In this document: positions 1-8,859 of the stretch, piece by piece
Numbering within the stretch: the first letter of the stretch is position 1
Layout: each line of letters begins with the position of its first letter
Translations under genes and position numbers: made by a program
Source: Patescibacteria group bacterium
GTDB lineage: Bacteria > Patescibacteriota > Minisyncoccia > Phycocordibacterales > Phycocordibacteraceae
Direction: 5' to 3'
Length of the DNA: 64,000 bases
NCBI GenBank assembly: GCA_040390125.1
Contig: JAZJYZ010000001.1
Location: 243,026-307,025 of the forward strand
Notes under the pieces: generated by a model
Told to the model about the DNA's origin: nothing
Databases searched by the model: none
Seen by the model: only the letters and a program-made list of their open reading frames with translations

Positions 1-397
1 GCTCAACGACTGGATTTATTATTGATTTCTTGCCGTCTTTCTCACTGACTTTCCCACGAATCCGCACCAGCTCATCTACTGGAAACATTTTTGCAAGATA
101 GGGTTGGTGAAACCACACAATACGCATTTTCCCCGTGTCGTCGTTGAAGGTGCCTTCTGCCATAGGCACCTTAGTTTTCCATGAACGTTTCATTTCAAGC
201 TTTGAGAATTTCCCATAGAGTGTTGCCACTTCACTGTCTCGTGCATCAGACACCGTGCGTATATCTGCCGCTGACTCATAACGCACAGGAAAGTGATAGA
301 GCAAATCTCGAATGCTTGTGATACGCAGACGTTTTAGACCTGCACGCTGGATTTGTGTAAGACGAGTGAGAGAGTCAATGGACTCGTTTGCATTCAT
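1..397 (-). CDS. recG: ATP-dependent DNA helicase RecG, N-terminal part (runs off window)
   Basis: Manual translation from ATG at 397: MNANESIDSL...IRDLLYHFPVRYE...IVWFHQPYL...INPVVE, the typical RecG wedge/OB-domain motifs. Confidence 0.85.
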   Translation of the reverse strand, partial: MNANESIDSLTRLTQIQRAGLKRLRITSIRDLLYHFPVRYESAADIRTVSDARDSEVATLYGKFSKLEMKRSWKTKVPMAEGTFNDDTGKMRIVWFHQPYLAKMFPVDELVRIRGKVSEKDGKKSIINPVVE

Positions 398-453
398 TTA
401 AAGGCAGTATACCGAATGTCACAAAATAGGTGGAAGAGAGAGGGAAGAGGGGG

Positions 454-547
454 TAGTGTTCAGTGAACAGTGAACAGTGGGCAGTTGGCAGCTAACAGCT
501 AGAGAGGATAGAGATAGTAGAGAGGCTAGAAGCTGAAAGCTGGCACC
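454..547 (+). repeat. Degenerate 7-nt tandem repeat array
   Basis: TAGTGTT CAGTGAA CAGTGAA CAGTGGG CAGTTGG CAGCTAA CAGCTAG ... TAGAAGC TGAAAGC TGGCACC. Confidence 0.75.
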
Positions 548-550
548 CCC

Positions 551-617
551 CAAGGGGACTGCTGTTTGCAAATCAATCGCAAGGCTCTTGAGCAAACAGG
601 GAGCCTAGCACCTAGAA
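551..617 (+). repeat. 67-bp dispersed hairpin repeat, copy 1
   Basis: Reverse complement of 8740-8806 with 2 mismatches; internal stem CTGTTTGC...GCAAACAG. Confidence 0.9.
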
Positions 618-663
618 CCTTCCTCCTGCCGTATATACTGTGCATGTACTGTAATTTTAATAT

Positions 664-1791
664 ATGAAAAAAATAGTAATTTCGTTTGTCTTTGCTTTGC
701 TCGTGCTTCCAAGCGTTGTTTCTGCGGCAACGGTAGATGAACTCAACACAAAATTACAAAGACTCCTCTTGGAGGTAGAGCAGGTTCGCCAAGAGCTTGT
801 AGCGGCACAAGCTGCTGCAAAACCTTCAGTGACGCCCTCCACTGCTTCAAAGGATACATTGTGTGTCCAACTCACTCGAGCACTATCTATCGGTGTCTCT
901 GACCAGCAAACGGACGGCGAAGTTACAAAGCTCCAAAGAGTACTAGCCGAAGATAGAACGCTCTATCCCGAAGGCTTAGTGACAGGCTATTTTGGGCCCG
1001 CAACTCAAATGGCGGTGAAGCGTCTGCAATCACGAGAAAATATTCTTGCCGGTAATTCCACTCCCGCAAGTGCCGGAGTAGTTGAATCTTCTACACGTAT
1101 GTTTCTGGCGTCACGCTGTGGAACAAGTGTGCCAGTCTCATCAGGAACTACAGCTCGTCCGAGTTTAACCAATAACCTCGAGTCTGCACTTGCAACCATC
1201 ACTCTCGACACAATGTCATCATCTGTGTCCAGCACACCAACGATATCTGGCTCCGCAAAAAACCTCGCTGCGGTTTCCGTTTCAATCCGAAGTAGCGAGG
1301 TTGTGTATGCAAATGATTCAGTGCCAGTAACAAACGGCCGGTGGTCGGTAACAATACCAACACTGCGAAATGGTTCGTATCAGGTAATTGCGAAAGGTGC
1401 TGGTGGGGGAGCAATAGCGGTAGGGTTTATTACTATCGATGTGCCGAGTGCCACTGTTGCATCCAGCACTCCAAGAGTGCCGACAGACACAACACTGAAA
1501 GTCGTAGCTCCTACGTTAGTATCAAAAGTAATTTTGCGGTTGAACGGCTCTGACAAAGGCACGACGATACTTCCGGGGTCAAAGGTGCTTATAAGTTGGA
1601 GAACTGAAAATGTTTCTTCGTGCGTGTTTGTTTCCAATCCTCCAATAGAGCTTTCTGGTTCTGCTCTAGCGTCGGAGTCTGGAAAATCTAGCGGACCAAT
1701 TCTTAAAACTACTGTCTTTACACTTACGTGCATTGGTGCGGACGGTACGTTTGTCTCACACTCGCTCACGGCGAACGTAGCGAAGTATTAA
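664..1791 (+). CDS. Secreted protein with peptidoglycan-binding domain and Ig-like domains
   Basis: Signal peptide, coiled coil, EVTKLQ...TGYFGPATQMAVKRLQ PG-binding motif, beta-rich C-terminal domains. Confidence 0.75.
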   Translation: MKKIVISFVFALLVLPSVVSAATVDELNTKLQRLLLEVEQVRQELVAAQAAAKPSVTPSTASKDTLCVQLTRALSIGVSDQQTDGEVTKLQRVLAEDRTLYPEGLVTGYFGPATQMAVKRLQSRENILAGNSTPASAGVVESSTRMFLASRCGTSVPVSSGTTARPSLTNNLESALATITLDTMSSSVSSTPTISGSAKNLAAVSVSIRSSEVVYANDSVPVTNGRWSVTIPTLRNGSYQVIAKGAGGGAIAVGFITIDVPSATVASSTPRVPTDTTLKVVAPTLVSKVILRLNGSDKGTTILPGSKVLISWRTENVSSCVFVSNPPIELSGSALASESGKSSGPILKTTVFTLTCIGADGTFVSHSLTANVAKY

Positions 1792-1809
1792 GCTTTTCTT
1801 GCTTTACAT

Positions 1810-1840
1810 AAAAAAGCGGAGGTTGCCCTCCGCTTTTTTA
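1810..1840. terminator. Bidirectional intrinsic terminator
   Basis: AAAAAAGCGGAGG-TTGC-CCTCCGCTTTTTT between convergent ORFs. Confidence 0.8.
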
Positions 1841-1969
1841 TTTTCCTTTTTTACCTGATTTCGGTGGTCTATTTTTCCCCTGATTCACCCATCCCTTCTT
1901 TTCTTTTGCCCGGTGGTCTTTCCCCTTATTGTGATGGCGAACCAAACTACCTTCTCCAAACATACGCAT
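1838..1969 (-). CDS. Putative 43-aa basic small protein (not in ORF track)
   Basis: MRMFGEGSLVRHHNKGKDHRAKEKKGWVNQGKNRPPKSGKKGK; TTGACA-N16-TATTCT upstream; stop abuts the terminator. Confidence 0.4.
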   Translation of the reverse strand: MRMFGEGSLVRHHNKGKDHRAKEKKGWVNQGKNRPPKSGKKGK

Positions 1970-2068
1970 TCAAATCATTATTTTGTATAAATACCCTAAA
2001 GGATATAAAGGCAAGAATATTCCTAAAAAATATCTTGTCAAATCAAGCCTATGTAAAGACCCAAAAGC

Positions 2069-3076
2069 TTAGTTAATTTCAATGTCGATGTGTTGAATGG
2101 AGGGGAAGTGCTTTTTTAGCCTTCCTTCTATCTCATCTATTTTCTTACCCATGAGGCGTGGAATGCGGTCAGCATAGTCTACGGAGTGTCGTTTAAAGGC
2201 CTCGTAGTCGTCTTTGATTTCTTCGTACTGGTCTTTTAGGGCTTCACGCTGGAAGGCTTCTTGGAAAAGGGCAGGGCCGTTAAATTCAATCTCGCATTTG
2301 ATGCGGTATGAGCCGAAGCCCAAGGTCGTGGACTTGAAATCTATAACCTTCTCTATTGCGGGGTCAGCCGTTAAAAATTCAACCACTTCTTCTTGCATGT
2401 CTCGAGGCATTGAACGCCCAATTAAGTACGAGCGGTTTTTTGCAATGAGCGTAATGGCAACGCTGATGAGGAGAAATGAAATCAGCATTGCTCCGACAGC
2501 GTCCCAGAGTGGGTTTTTTGTGTAGTACGAGAGCGTAATAGAAATAGTAGCGATGAGGATACCAATAACGGCAACGGCATCTTCTAGGTAGACGGCAAGC
2601 GTTGAAGGGTCAGCTCGTGAGAAGCGTTCACGCCATGTGGCGTCGGGGAATGACTGTTTTAAATTTCTATCAGCAACGAAGAAGGTGTAGCCCTCTATGC
2701 CGAGCGACAAGAAAAGAACGACAAACACAATTGCGGTGAGCTCTATGTCATGCGGAGAGGTGAATGCGGAGAGGCCGTTGTATGCCGTAATGCCTGCACC
2801 AACGAAGAAAATCCCACATGCGGATATCAGTGCCCAGAAGAAACGCTCATTTCCGTACCCATATTCAAACTCCGAGTCAGCTTTTTTTGTTGAGCGTTGC
2901 AGTCCTATAAGTAGCAGGCCTTGGTTTAGTGTGTCGGCTAAACTGTGAATCGTTTCGGCAAACATTGCGCTTGATCCTGAAAGGATGGAAGCGCAGAGCT
3001 TTATGGCGGTGACGAGGGTATTACCAAGGAGCGCTGCAATAACTGGAGTAAATCCTATAATCTTTTTGAGAGGCAT
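2069..3076 (-). CDS. Cation diffusion facilitator (CDF) family metal transporter
   Basis: SAMFAETIHSLADTLNQ, YGYGNERFFW and LEDAVAVIG motifs; start placed at 3076 (TACAAT 7 nt upstream). Confidence 0.85.
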   Translation of the reverse strand: MPLKKIIGFTPVIAALLGNTLVTAIKLCASILSGSSAMFAETIHSLADTLNQGLLLIGLQRSTKKADSEFEYGYGNERFFWALISACGIFFVGAGITAYNGLSAFTSPHDIELTAIVFVVLFLSLGIEGYTFFVADRNLKQSFPDATWRERFSRADPSTLAVYLEDAVAVIGILIATISITLSYYTKNPLWDAVGAMLISFLLISVAITLIAKNRSYLIGRSMPRDMQEEVVEFLTADPAIEKVIDFKSTTLGFGSYRIKCEIEFNGPALFQEAFQREALKDQYEEIKDDYEAFKRHSVDYADRIPRLMGKKIDEIEGRLKKHFPSIQHIDIEIN

Positions 3077-3116
3077 TTTTACCATTGTACGGTTTTTCAC
3101 GAATTAAATAAAGGAA

Positions 3117-3150
3117 CTAAAAATGGACGCCCTTTGGGCGTCCATTTTTA
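3117..3150 (-). terminator. Intrinsic terminator
   Basis: TAAAAATGGACGCCC-TTT-GGGCGTCCATTTTTA. Confidence 0.75.
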
Positions 3151-3169
3151 ATGTGCACGGCAGGAAAAA

Positions 3170-3826
3170 TTAATTGAGTGTTACTGACGTGATGATTACT
3201 GGCTCTAAAGGTCGGTCTCCTGAATCGGTAGCAGTGTTTTCGATTGCTTTAATTGCCTCTGCACCTGCAGTCACACGTCCAAATACTGTGTGCTTATCAT
3301 CAAGAAAATTGTTTGCTGCAACATTGATGAAGAATTGACTGCCGTTAGTGTTAGGGCCTGAATTTGCCATTGATATAGTGCCAATGTCATTTTTGTTATT
3401 GGTGTGAATCTCATCTGCAAATGAATAACCAGGGCCTCCCGTACCCCAGCGACTCATAGCCGAGTCATCTTTCGTCAAAGGGTCGCCACCTTGGAGCATG
3501 AATCCCTTTATTACACGGTGGAATTTTGTGCCATCGTAAAAGCCGGTTTGTGCGAGCTTGATGAAATTAGCGACGGTGTTTGGAGCGTCAGCACCAAAAA
3601 ATTCAATGGCAATATCTCCTTTGTTGGTGTGAATAGTTGCTGATGTGACCGTTTGTGGATTTGTGGCACTCGTTGCTCCGCTTTGGGTTTGCTCTGGTGT
3701 TGTGGAAGCGGTATTTGTTTCGCCTGCTTTTTTACTCTGCGAACGCATGTTGTGAGAGACCGCAATCCAGGTCCCTGCGATGGCTACGACGGCGATTAAG
3801 ATAAGAAAGATATATATTTTTGGCAT
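3170..3826 (-). CDS. Membrane-anchored cyclophilin-type peptidyl-prolyl isomerase
   Basis: FYDGTKFHRVIKGFMLQGGDP, MANSGPNTNGSQFFI and HTVFGRV motifs; N-terminal TM helix. Confidence 0.93.
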   Translation of the reverse strand: MPKIYIFLILIAVVAIAGTWIAVSHNMRSQSKKAGETNTASTTPEQTQSGATSATNPQTVTSATIHTNKGDIAIEFFGADAPNTVANFIKLAQTGFYDGTKFHRVIKGFMLQGGDPLTKDDSAMSRWGTGGPGYSFADEIHTNNKNDIGTISMANSGPNTNGSQFFINVAANNFLDDKHTVFGRVTAGAEAIKAIENTATDSGDRPLEPVIITSVTLN

Positions 3827-3881
3827 ACGTTTTTATTCTTTTTAAGTTTGAGTGTGTATTTTACAGTACGATAGGCATAAT

Positions 3882-3916
3882 AAAAAACATCCGCCCATAT
3901 GGGTGGATGTTTTTTA
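3882..3916 (-). terminator. Intrinsic terminator
   Basis: AAAAAACATCCGCCC-ATAT-GGGTGGATGTTTTTT. Confidence 0.7.
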
Positions 3917-3935
3917 TTGTTAGAAACTTCGAAAA

Positions 3936-5030
3936 TTATCTTTTCGTTGTTACCGTAACAATGTCTCCTCGTACTGTTCCGTAGGAGTTTTCAGCAACTA
4001 CTTGGTAGTAGTAGCGAGTGTTTTTAGAGAGGTCGGTCACTGTCGTTGATACTGAGACATTCGACGTACCAGAACCTGCAACGGTTGTTTTCGTACTAGA
4101 ACCTAAAAGCGATCCAAGTAGAGAATCCGTACCGTATTCGAACCAGTAGCGTGTGGTGTCCCCATTCGGGTTTACCTTACCGTTGAATTTGATAGACGTC
4201 TGTGCGATAGCGCTCGCAGAATCTGTGTCTGCTTTGGGAGCGCCAGGAGATGCAGGCCCTGCGGTCGTGAACGAAAGGATATTGCCGTTCGTCGTGCCGA
4301 ATTGGTTACTTGCATTCACACGGAAGAAATATTTAGTTTGCGGTTTCAAGTTTGAGATTGACGCCGAAGCTCCAAGGGAAGTGTTTCCGCTTCCTGCTCC
4401 TTTGAGTGCCGTTGCGTTTCCTAAATCATTTGTTTCTCCGTACTCGAACCAATAGCTTGTTGCAAGATTGTTCGGATTCACTTGCCCGCTCAAATTTGCT
4501 CCTGTTCGAGTAATATCCACCGCACTGTTTGTTTGTGTCGTTGGCACACTTCCAACAGGAGGAGGGTTGGTGTTTGTGGTGAGGCTGAGTGTGCTTCCGT
4601 TAACTACTCCGAAGCCGTTCGATGCGCTCAAGCGGTAGTAGTACGTGGTATTTGCTGAAAGACCGGTGATGTATGCAGGGCTTGGAATGGCAATGAAGCC
4701 GGAGCCAATGGTCTGTGATTGTGATCGCACACCTAAAGCTGTCGTCTTTCCGTATTCATACCAATACGTGGTCTGTGCACCGTTTGGCGTTACCTTGCCT
4801 GTTGCAAGAGCTGTGGAATTTGAAACAAACACCTCAGCCCCCGTAGAAACAGTAGGAACTGTTGCCTTTGTGGTTTGAGTAGGCGTAGTGCCGGTAGTTC
4901 CTGAAGGTGTGGTTGTAGCCGTCGTTGTTGGGGATGCGGGACCCGCAGTGTATGCATAGATAAGTGCTCCTCCAACGAGAAGTATGCCAATCCCTAGTAT
5001 CGTAATTATTGTATTTTTGCTGATGTTCAT
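3936..5030 (-). CDS. Membrane-anchored protein with three fibronectin type III-like repeats
   Basis: Three repeats of G.VNPNG..T.YWFEYG...L...T.YY(Y/F)R..A.N.(F/Y)G after a TM helix and Thr-rich linker. Confidence 0.8.
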   Translation of the reverse strand: MNISKNTIITILGIGILLVGGALIYAYTAGPASPTTTATTTPSGTTGTTPTQTTKATVPTVSTGAEVFVSNSTALATGKVTPNGAQTTYWYEYGKTTALGVRSQSQTIGSGFIAIPSPAYITGLSANTTYYYRLSASNGFGVVNGSTLSLTTNTNPPPVGSVPTTQTNSAVDITRTGANLSGQVNPNNLATSYWFEYGETNDLGNATALKGAGSGNTSLGASASISNLKPQTKYFFRVNASNQFGTTNGNILSFTTAGPASPGAPKADTDSASAIAQTSIKFNGKVNPNGDTTRYWFEYGTDSLLGSLLGSSTKTTVAGSGTSNVSVSTTVTDLSKNTRYYYQVVAENSYGTVRGDIVTVTTKR

Positions 5031-5194
5031 ATTATTTTTAATTTTTTAAGTAAGGTAAGAAAGTAAATAACTTAAGACTGATATTGCATAGTCGACCTAG
5101 TGTAGAAGCCGTTTTAAGACTAGTCTTATTACACTAAACTTCCTTGATTTGTTCGCTGTAACTAACGATTCGTGGTATGAATTGACTGTCCTAA

Positions 5195-5299
5195 GGAGAG
5201 GTGGCTGAGTGGAGAAAACAAGAACTGCTTCTTGTTTTCTCCGATCCTGTTTCAGGAAAGTTCGTTGCCGAGTCAAAAACGAGGCAGAACTTAGGAGGG
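5195..5299 (+). mobile_element. tRNA-Ser 5' fragment carrying an 87-nt structured insert (GAACTGCTTC...TAGGAGGG element)
   Basis: GGAGAGGTGGCTGAGTGG (acceptor 5' strand plus D-arm start), then a perfect 14-bp hairpin GGAGAAAACAAGAA-CTGC-TTCTTGTTTTCTCC; ends TAGGAGGG; homologous to 40624-40706. Confidence 0.6.
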
Positions 5300-5359
5300 C
5301 GAACTTGTTCGAACGCTCGGCCTCCTATACTCTTAGTCTTTGTCGCTTTGCGACAAATA

Positions 5360-5447
5360 GGAGAGGTGCCAGAGCGGTCGAATGGAGCACACTGCTAATG
5401 TGTTGAACCTCAAAAGGGTTCCGAGGGTTCGAATCCCTCCCTCTCCG
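5360..5447 (+). tRNA. tRNA-Ser(GCT)
   Basis: Acceptor GGAGAGG/CCTCTCC plus G73, anticodon arm GCACA-CTGCTAA-TGTGT, long variable arm, T-arm GAGGG-TTCGAAT-CCCTC; CCA not encoded. Confidence 0.95.
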
Positions 5448-5495
5448 CAAAATAAAAAATGGGTGCTTTTGCACCCGCTTTTTTATTTCTGCTAC

Positions 5496-5633
5496 GAGAG
5501 TCGGGATTCGAAAGTCGGAAGTGCGCCTGCGGGGCAGGAGGGAGCGCTGAGACGGGGTCGAGAACATTTAGTATTTTACGAGCTCCAGGAGTAAAATACT
5601 TAGTGATTCGTGACCGAATCCCTCCCTCTCCGC
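5496..5633 (+). mobile_element. tRNA-associated element ending in a 19-nt duplication of the tRNA 3' end
   Basis: CGAATCCCTCCCTCTCCGC at 5430-5448 and 5615-5633; begins GAGAGTCGGGATTCGAA (antisense to T-arm); internal hairpin AGTATTTTAC...GTAAAATACT. Confidence 0.6.
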
Positions 5634-5729
5634 TCACTAGAAAATACGCCCCACATGGGGCAATTTTCTTGAAAAACCCCTTTCCACACCCCATCCGTTC
5701 TTCTACGCTCTACTTGCTAGACTTCACGT

Positions 5730-6773
5730 ATGGCTACCATTACCAAGTACACGCAAGTTGAGTATCTTTGGCTCGACGGACGTAAGCCCACAGCGGGACT
5801 TCGCTCCAAGACCAAAATTATTAAAGGTGCTGTTACAAAATTAAAAGATATACCCGAGTGGGGCTTTGACGGCTCTTCGACAGAACAAGCAGAAGGAAGA
5901 TTTAGTGATTGCCGGCTCGTACCGGTTTCTTTCTTGCCTGATCCTCTTCGCTTGCCCGCCCAAGCGGGATGGGCTCCGAACATTCTTGTGATGTGCGAAG
6001 TGTTACAAGCAAATGGTGATGTGCATCCAACAAATACTCGTGCGGAACTTCGTGCAGTCGCTAAGAAATATCAAACTGTCGATTCGTGGTTTGGTATTGA
6101 GCAAGAGTACACACTGTTTCAAAATGGCAGACCACTTGGATTTCCAGAGACAGGTTTTCCTGGGCCTCAAGGTCCGTATTATTGCGGTGTTGGTGCAGAG
6201 AACGTAGTTGGCAGAGAGTTAGCAGAAGAGCACATGAGTGCGTGTCTTGAGGCAGGCATCGCACTTTCAGGAATTAATGCGGAAGTGATGCCGGGACAAT
6301 GGGAATTTCAAGTTGGTCCCGTGGGACCCCTTGCTGTGTCCGATCAACTTTGGATTGCGAGATGGTTGCTTGAGCGATTAGGTGAAGAATTTAATATCAG
6401 TGTTTCGTATGCACCAAAGCCTGTTGCCGGAGATTGGAATGGTGCAGGTTGTCATACGAATTTTTCAACAAAAGCAATGCGGGCTCCTGGCGGAATGAAA
6501 CACGTGAAGGCGGCGTGCGAAAAACTAAAGAAGAAACATCACGAACATATTGCAGTGTACGGGGCAGGGAATGAGGCACGACTTACCGGGCGTCACGAAA
6601 CCTGCAGTATTAATGAGTTTCGCTACGGTATTTCTGACCGTGGAGCATCCATCAGAATTCCTATGGCAACGGCAAACGATGATAAGGGATATCTTGAAGA
6701 TAGACGTCCCGCTGCAAACATGGACCCGTACCAAGTGTGCGCTGCGTTGATGAAGACGATTTGCGGAAATTGA
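5730..6773 (+). CDS. glnII: Glutamine synthetase type II
   Basis: 347 aa; WGFDGSST, WFGIEQEY, QGPYYCGVG, GINAEVMPGQWEFQVGP, DWNGAGCH, RGASIRIP, GYLEDRRPAAN. Confidence 0.93.
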   Translation: MATITKYTQVEYLWLDGRKPTAGLRSKTKIIKGAVTKLKDIPEWGFDGSSTEQAEGRFSDCRLVPVSFLPDPLRLPAQAGWAPNILVMCEVLQANGDVHPTNTRAELRAVAKKYQTVDSWFGIEQEYTLFQNGRPLGFPETGFPGPQGPYYCGVGAENVVGRELAEEHMSACLEAGIALSGINAEVMPGQWEFQVGPVGPLAVSDQLWIARWLLERLGEEFNISVSYAPKPVAGDWNGAGCHTNFSTKAMRAPGGMKHVKAACEKLKKKHHEHIAVYGAGNEARLTGRHETCSINEFRYGISDRGASIRIPMATANDDKGYLEDRRPAANMDPYQVCAALMKTICGN

Positions 6774-6796
6774 GTTGGTATATCTATCTACCGATT

Positions 6797-6842
6797 CCCA
6801 CATTCATTCTAGTGTTTTGCAAAACACTAGAATGAATGTGGG
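6797..6842. repeat. Perfect 46-bp palindrome
   Basis: CCCACATTCATTCTAGTGTTTTG|CAAAACACTAGAATGAATGTGGG. Confidence 0.9.
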
Positions 6843-6896
6843 GGCAGTTTTTTGATTGGTTTTTTTGGCGTGCATTAGTGAGTTTCACTCTGTAGA

Positions 6897-7511
6897 ATGG
6901 GCATCATGACTGCAAAACCTATCTTAGGTGTTGATTTTGATGACGTGTTGGTCCGAACCGGCAATGCTCTTGCAGAATTTCATAACGCCACCTACGGCAC
7001 CACGTATTCTCGTGATGATGTTTCGAGTTTTCATCTGCATGAGGTGTGGAACTGTACTCCAGAGGAAGCACGTGCAAGAATCGACGAGTTTATTTCGACA
7101 GAATTTCACCATAACTCTGAAGCAGTGTTGGGTGCGTACGATGCACTAAAACAGTTAAGCCAAACGTACGAGATTGTGATAGTGACTGGGCGCATGCATG
7201 TGTGGCGTGACAAGACCATTGAATGGCTTGAGAAAAATTTTCTTGGCCTATATAGAGAAATACACTTTACAAACCACGATGACCCCGATCCTTCCAAGCG
7301 TCGCTTGAAATCTGAGTTCGTCACCGAGCTTGGTATCTCACTTTTTATTGATGATGCATTGAAATTTGCTACCGATGTTGCAAGTGTTGGTGTTCCCGTT
7401 CTTCTCTTTGATACCCCTTGGAATCAAGGGGAAGTGCCTCCGGGGGTAACACGAGTACACTCGTGGGACGAGATTTTGCGAACACTTGCTTCAAAAGAGA
7501 CAGGGAAGTAG
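6897..7511 (+). CDS. HAD-family 5'(3')-deoxyribonucleotidase-like phosphatase (likely start 6906)
   Basis: GVDFDDVL motif I, IVTGR, FIDD, LFDTPWN. Confidence 0.85.
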   Translation: MGIMTAKPILGVDFDDVLVRTGNALAEFHNATYGTTYSRDDVSSFHLHEVWNCTPEEARARIDEFISTEFHHNSEAVLGAYDALKQLSQTYEIVIVTGRMHVWRDKTIEWLEKNFLGLYREIHFTNHDDPDPSKRRLKSEFVTELGISLFIDDALKFATDVASVGVPVLLFDTPWNQGEVPPGVTRVHSWDEILRTLASKETGK

Positions 7512-7583
7512 GGCGGGGTATAATAGAAGGGTACGGCTTTATCAAATCACTAATTAGCTTTTAGTTAAGCACTCATTACATCT

Positions 7584-7868
7584 ATGTCAGGAAATATAAA
7601 AGTAGCTATTGGAGTTGTACTCGTCGCTGTAGTTATTGGCGGATTGTATTATTGGTATTCATCCACAAAATCAGATGTGGCTCCGGCTGTAGTTGCCGAT
7701 CAAACAGCAACACCCGCTCCTACAGGACCAACATTACCTTCTGGAAGTGACACATCCGACACTGCGTTAGGTCAGGACGTTGCATCAGTTGATGCGGATG
7801 TAAGCGCAATGACTTCCGACACCGCATCCATTGATAGTGGAATGAACGATACGGCAGTTCAGCAATAA
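7584..7868 (+). CDS. Small membrane-anchored hypothetical protein
   Basis: N-terminal TM helix, acidic Ser/Thr-rich tail. Confidence 0.65.
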   Translation: MSGNIKVAIGVVLVAVVIGGLYYWYSSTKSDVAPAVVADQTATPAPTGPTLPSGSDTSDTALGQDVASVDADVSAMTSDTASIDSGMNDTAVQQ

Positions 7869-7893
7869 GTATTAGCTTCTAATAACCCACACA

Positions 7894-8739
7894 ATGAAAA
7901 AAATCACTTCAGCTCTTATTCCGTTTATAGCCGTTGCATTACTTCTCTCTCCGTCATCTGTGCGTGTTGTGGAGGCCGTGAGTGCAACTACGAATGCCAC
8001 AGTAAACGCAAGTGCCCCTGGTGTGAAGGCAGAAGGAACAGCAAGCCTCAGTGCATCGCAGTCTATTGCACTCATGCGTGGCAAAGATAAAGCACATCAA
8101 GAAATCGACCGCAGAGTTACTAATCTCAATGCACTAGTGCTCCGTGTGCAAGCGATGCTGAATTTGTCAGAGGCAGATAAAACTGCAATTGCAGGCACGC
8201 TGACTGCACAGGTGAATGCGCTCAATGCATTGAAAGCGAAGATTGATGCAGATGCGGATCCAGAAACACTGAAAGGCGATGTAAAGTCTGTCACTGATTC
8301 GTATCGCATTTATGCGCTCATCATTCCACAAGGTGCCATTATTGCTGCGGCTGACCGCATTGTGACGGTTGCTACAAAATTACACCTCATCTCATTGAAG
8401 TTTGAAACCAGAATTGCTGCCGCTGCTACAGCCGGCAATGATGTGAAAGCAGTACGAGTGACCCTTGAGGAATACAACTCGAAAATTGCAAACGCAAGTC
8501 TTCAAGCACAGGCGGCGGTGAATGCAATTGTGACACTTGTTCCTGACGATGGAGACGCAACAAAGAAGGCGGCAAACATCAAAGCACTCAAAGACGCACG
8601 TGCAAAAATTGTGCTCGCACAAAAAGATTTACAGACAGCACGCAAAGATGCTGACAAGATCATTACTGCTCTTAAGGGAATGAAGGTTAATTCGACTGCA
8701 ACGACTACGGCGGAAACATCTGCAGGAGTAGGACAATAA
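7894..8739 (+). CDS. Secreted alpha-helical/coiled-coil protein
   Basis: Signal peptide; Ala/Lys-rich helices. Confidence 0.7.
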   Translation: MKKITSALIPFIAVALLLSPSSVRVVEAVSATTNATVNASAPGVKAEGTASLSASQSIALMRGKDKAHQEIDRRVTNLNALVLRVQAMLNLSEADKTAIAGTLTAQVNALNALKAKIDADADPETLKGDVKSVTDSYRIYALIIPQGAIIAAADRIVTVATKLHLISLKFETRIAAAATAGNDVKAVRVTLEEYNSKIANASLQAQAAVNAIVTLVPDDGDATKKAANIKALKDARAKIVLAQKDLQTARKDADKIITALKGMKVNSTATTTAETSAGVGQ

Positions 8740-8806
8740 TTCTAGGTGATAGGCTCCCTGTTTGCTCAAGAGCCTTGCGATTGATCTGCAAACAGCAGTC
8801 CCCTTG
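8740..8806 (-). repeat. 67-bp dispersed hairpin repeat, copy 2 (inverted relative to 551-617)
   Basis: 65/67 identity to 551-617 on the opposite strand. Confidence 0.9.
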
Positions 8807-8818
8807 AGGGATTCTAGG

Positions 8819-8850
8819 AAAAATTCCCGACTCATGTCGGGAATTTTTTT
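8819..8850 (+). terminator. Intrinsic terminator
   Basis: AAAAATTCCCGAC-TCAT-GTCGGGAATTTTTTT. Confidence 0.75.
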
Positions 8851-8859
8851 ATGAGTTGA

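Noticed and set aside
454-547. Tandem repeats as a CRISPR array
   Set aside because: Units are 7 nt, degenerate and have no spacers; there are no cas genes in the window
5195-5360. Second complete or intron-containing tRNA upstream of tRNA-Ser
   Set aside because: Only the acceptor 5' strand and D-arm start are present; no anticodon arm or T-arm can be assembled before the real tRNA
5201-5761. Short ORFs overlapping the tRNA region
   Set aside because: They overlap the tRNA and structured elements and have no protein motifs
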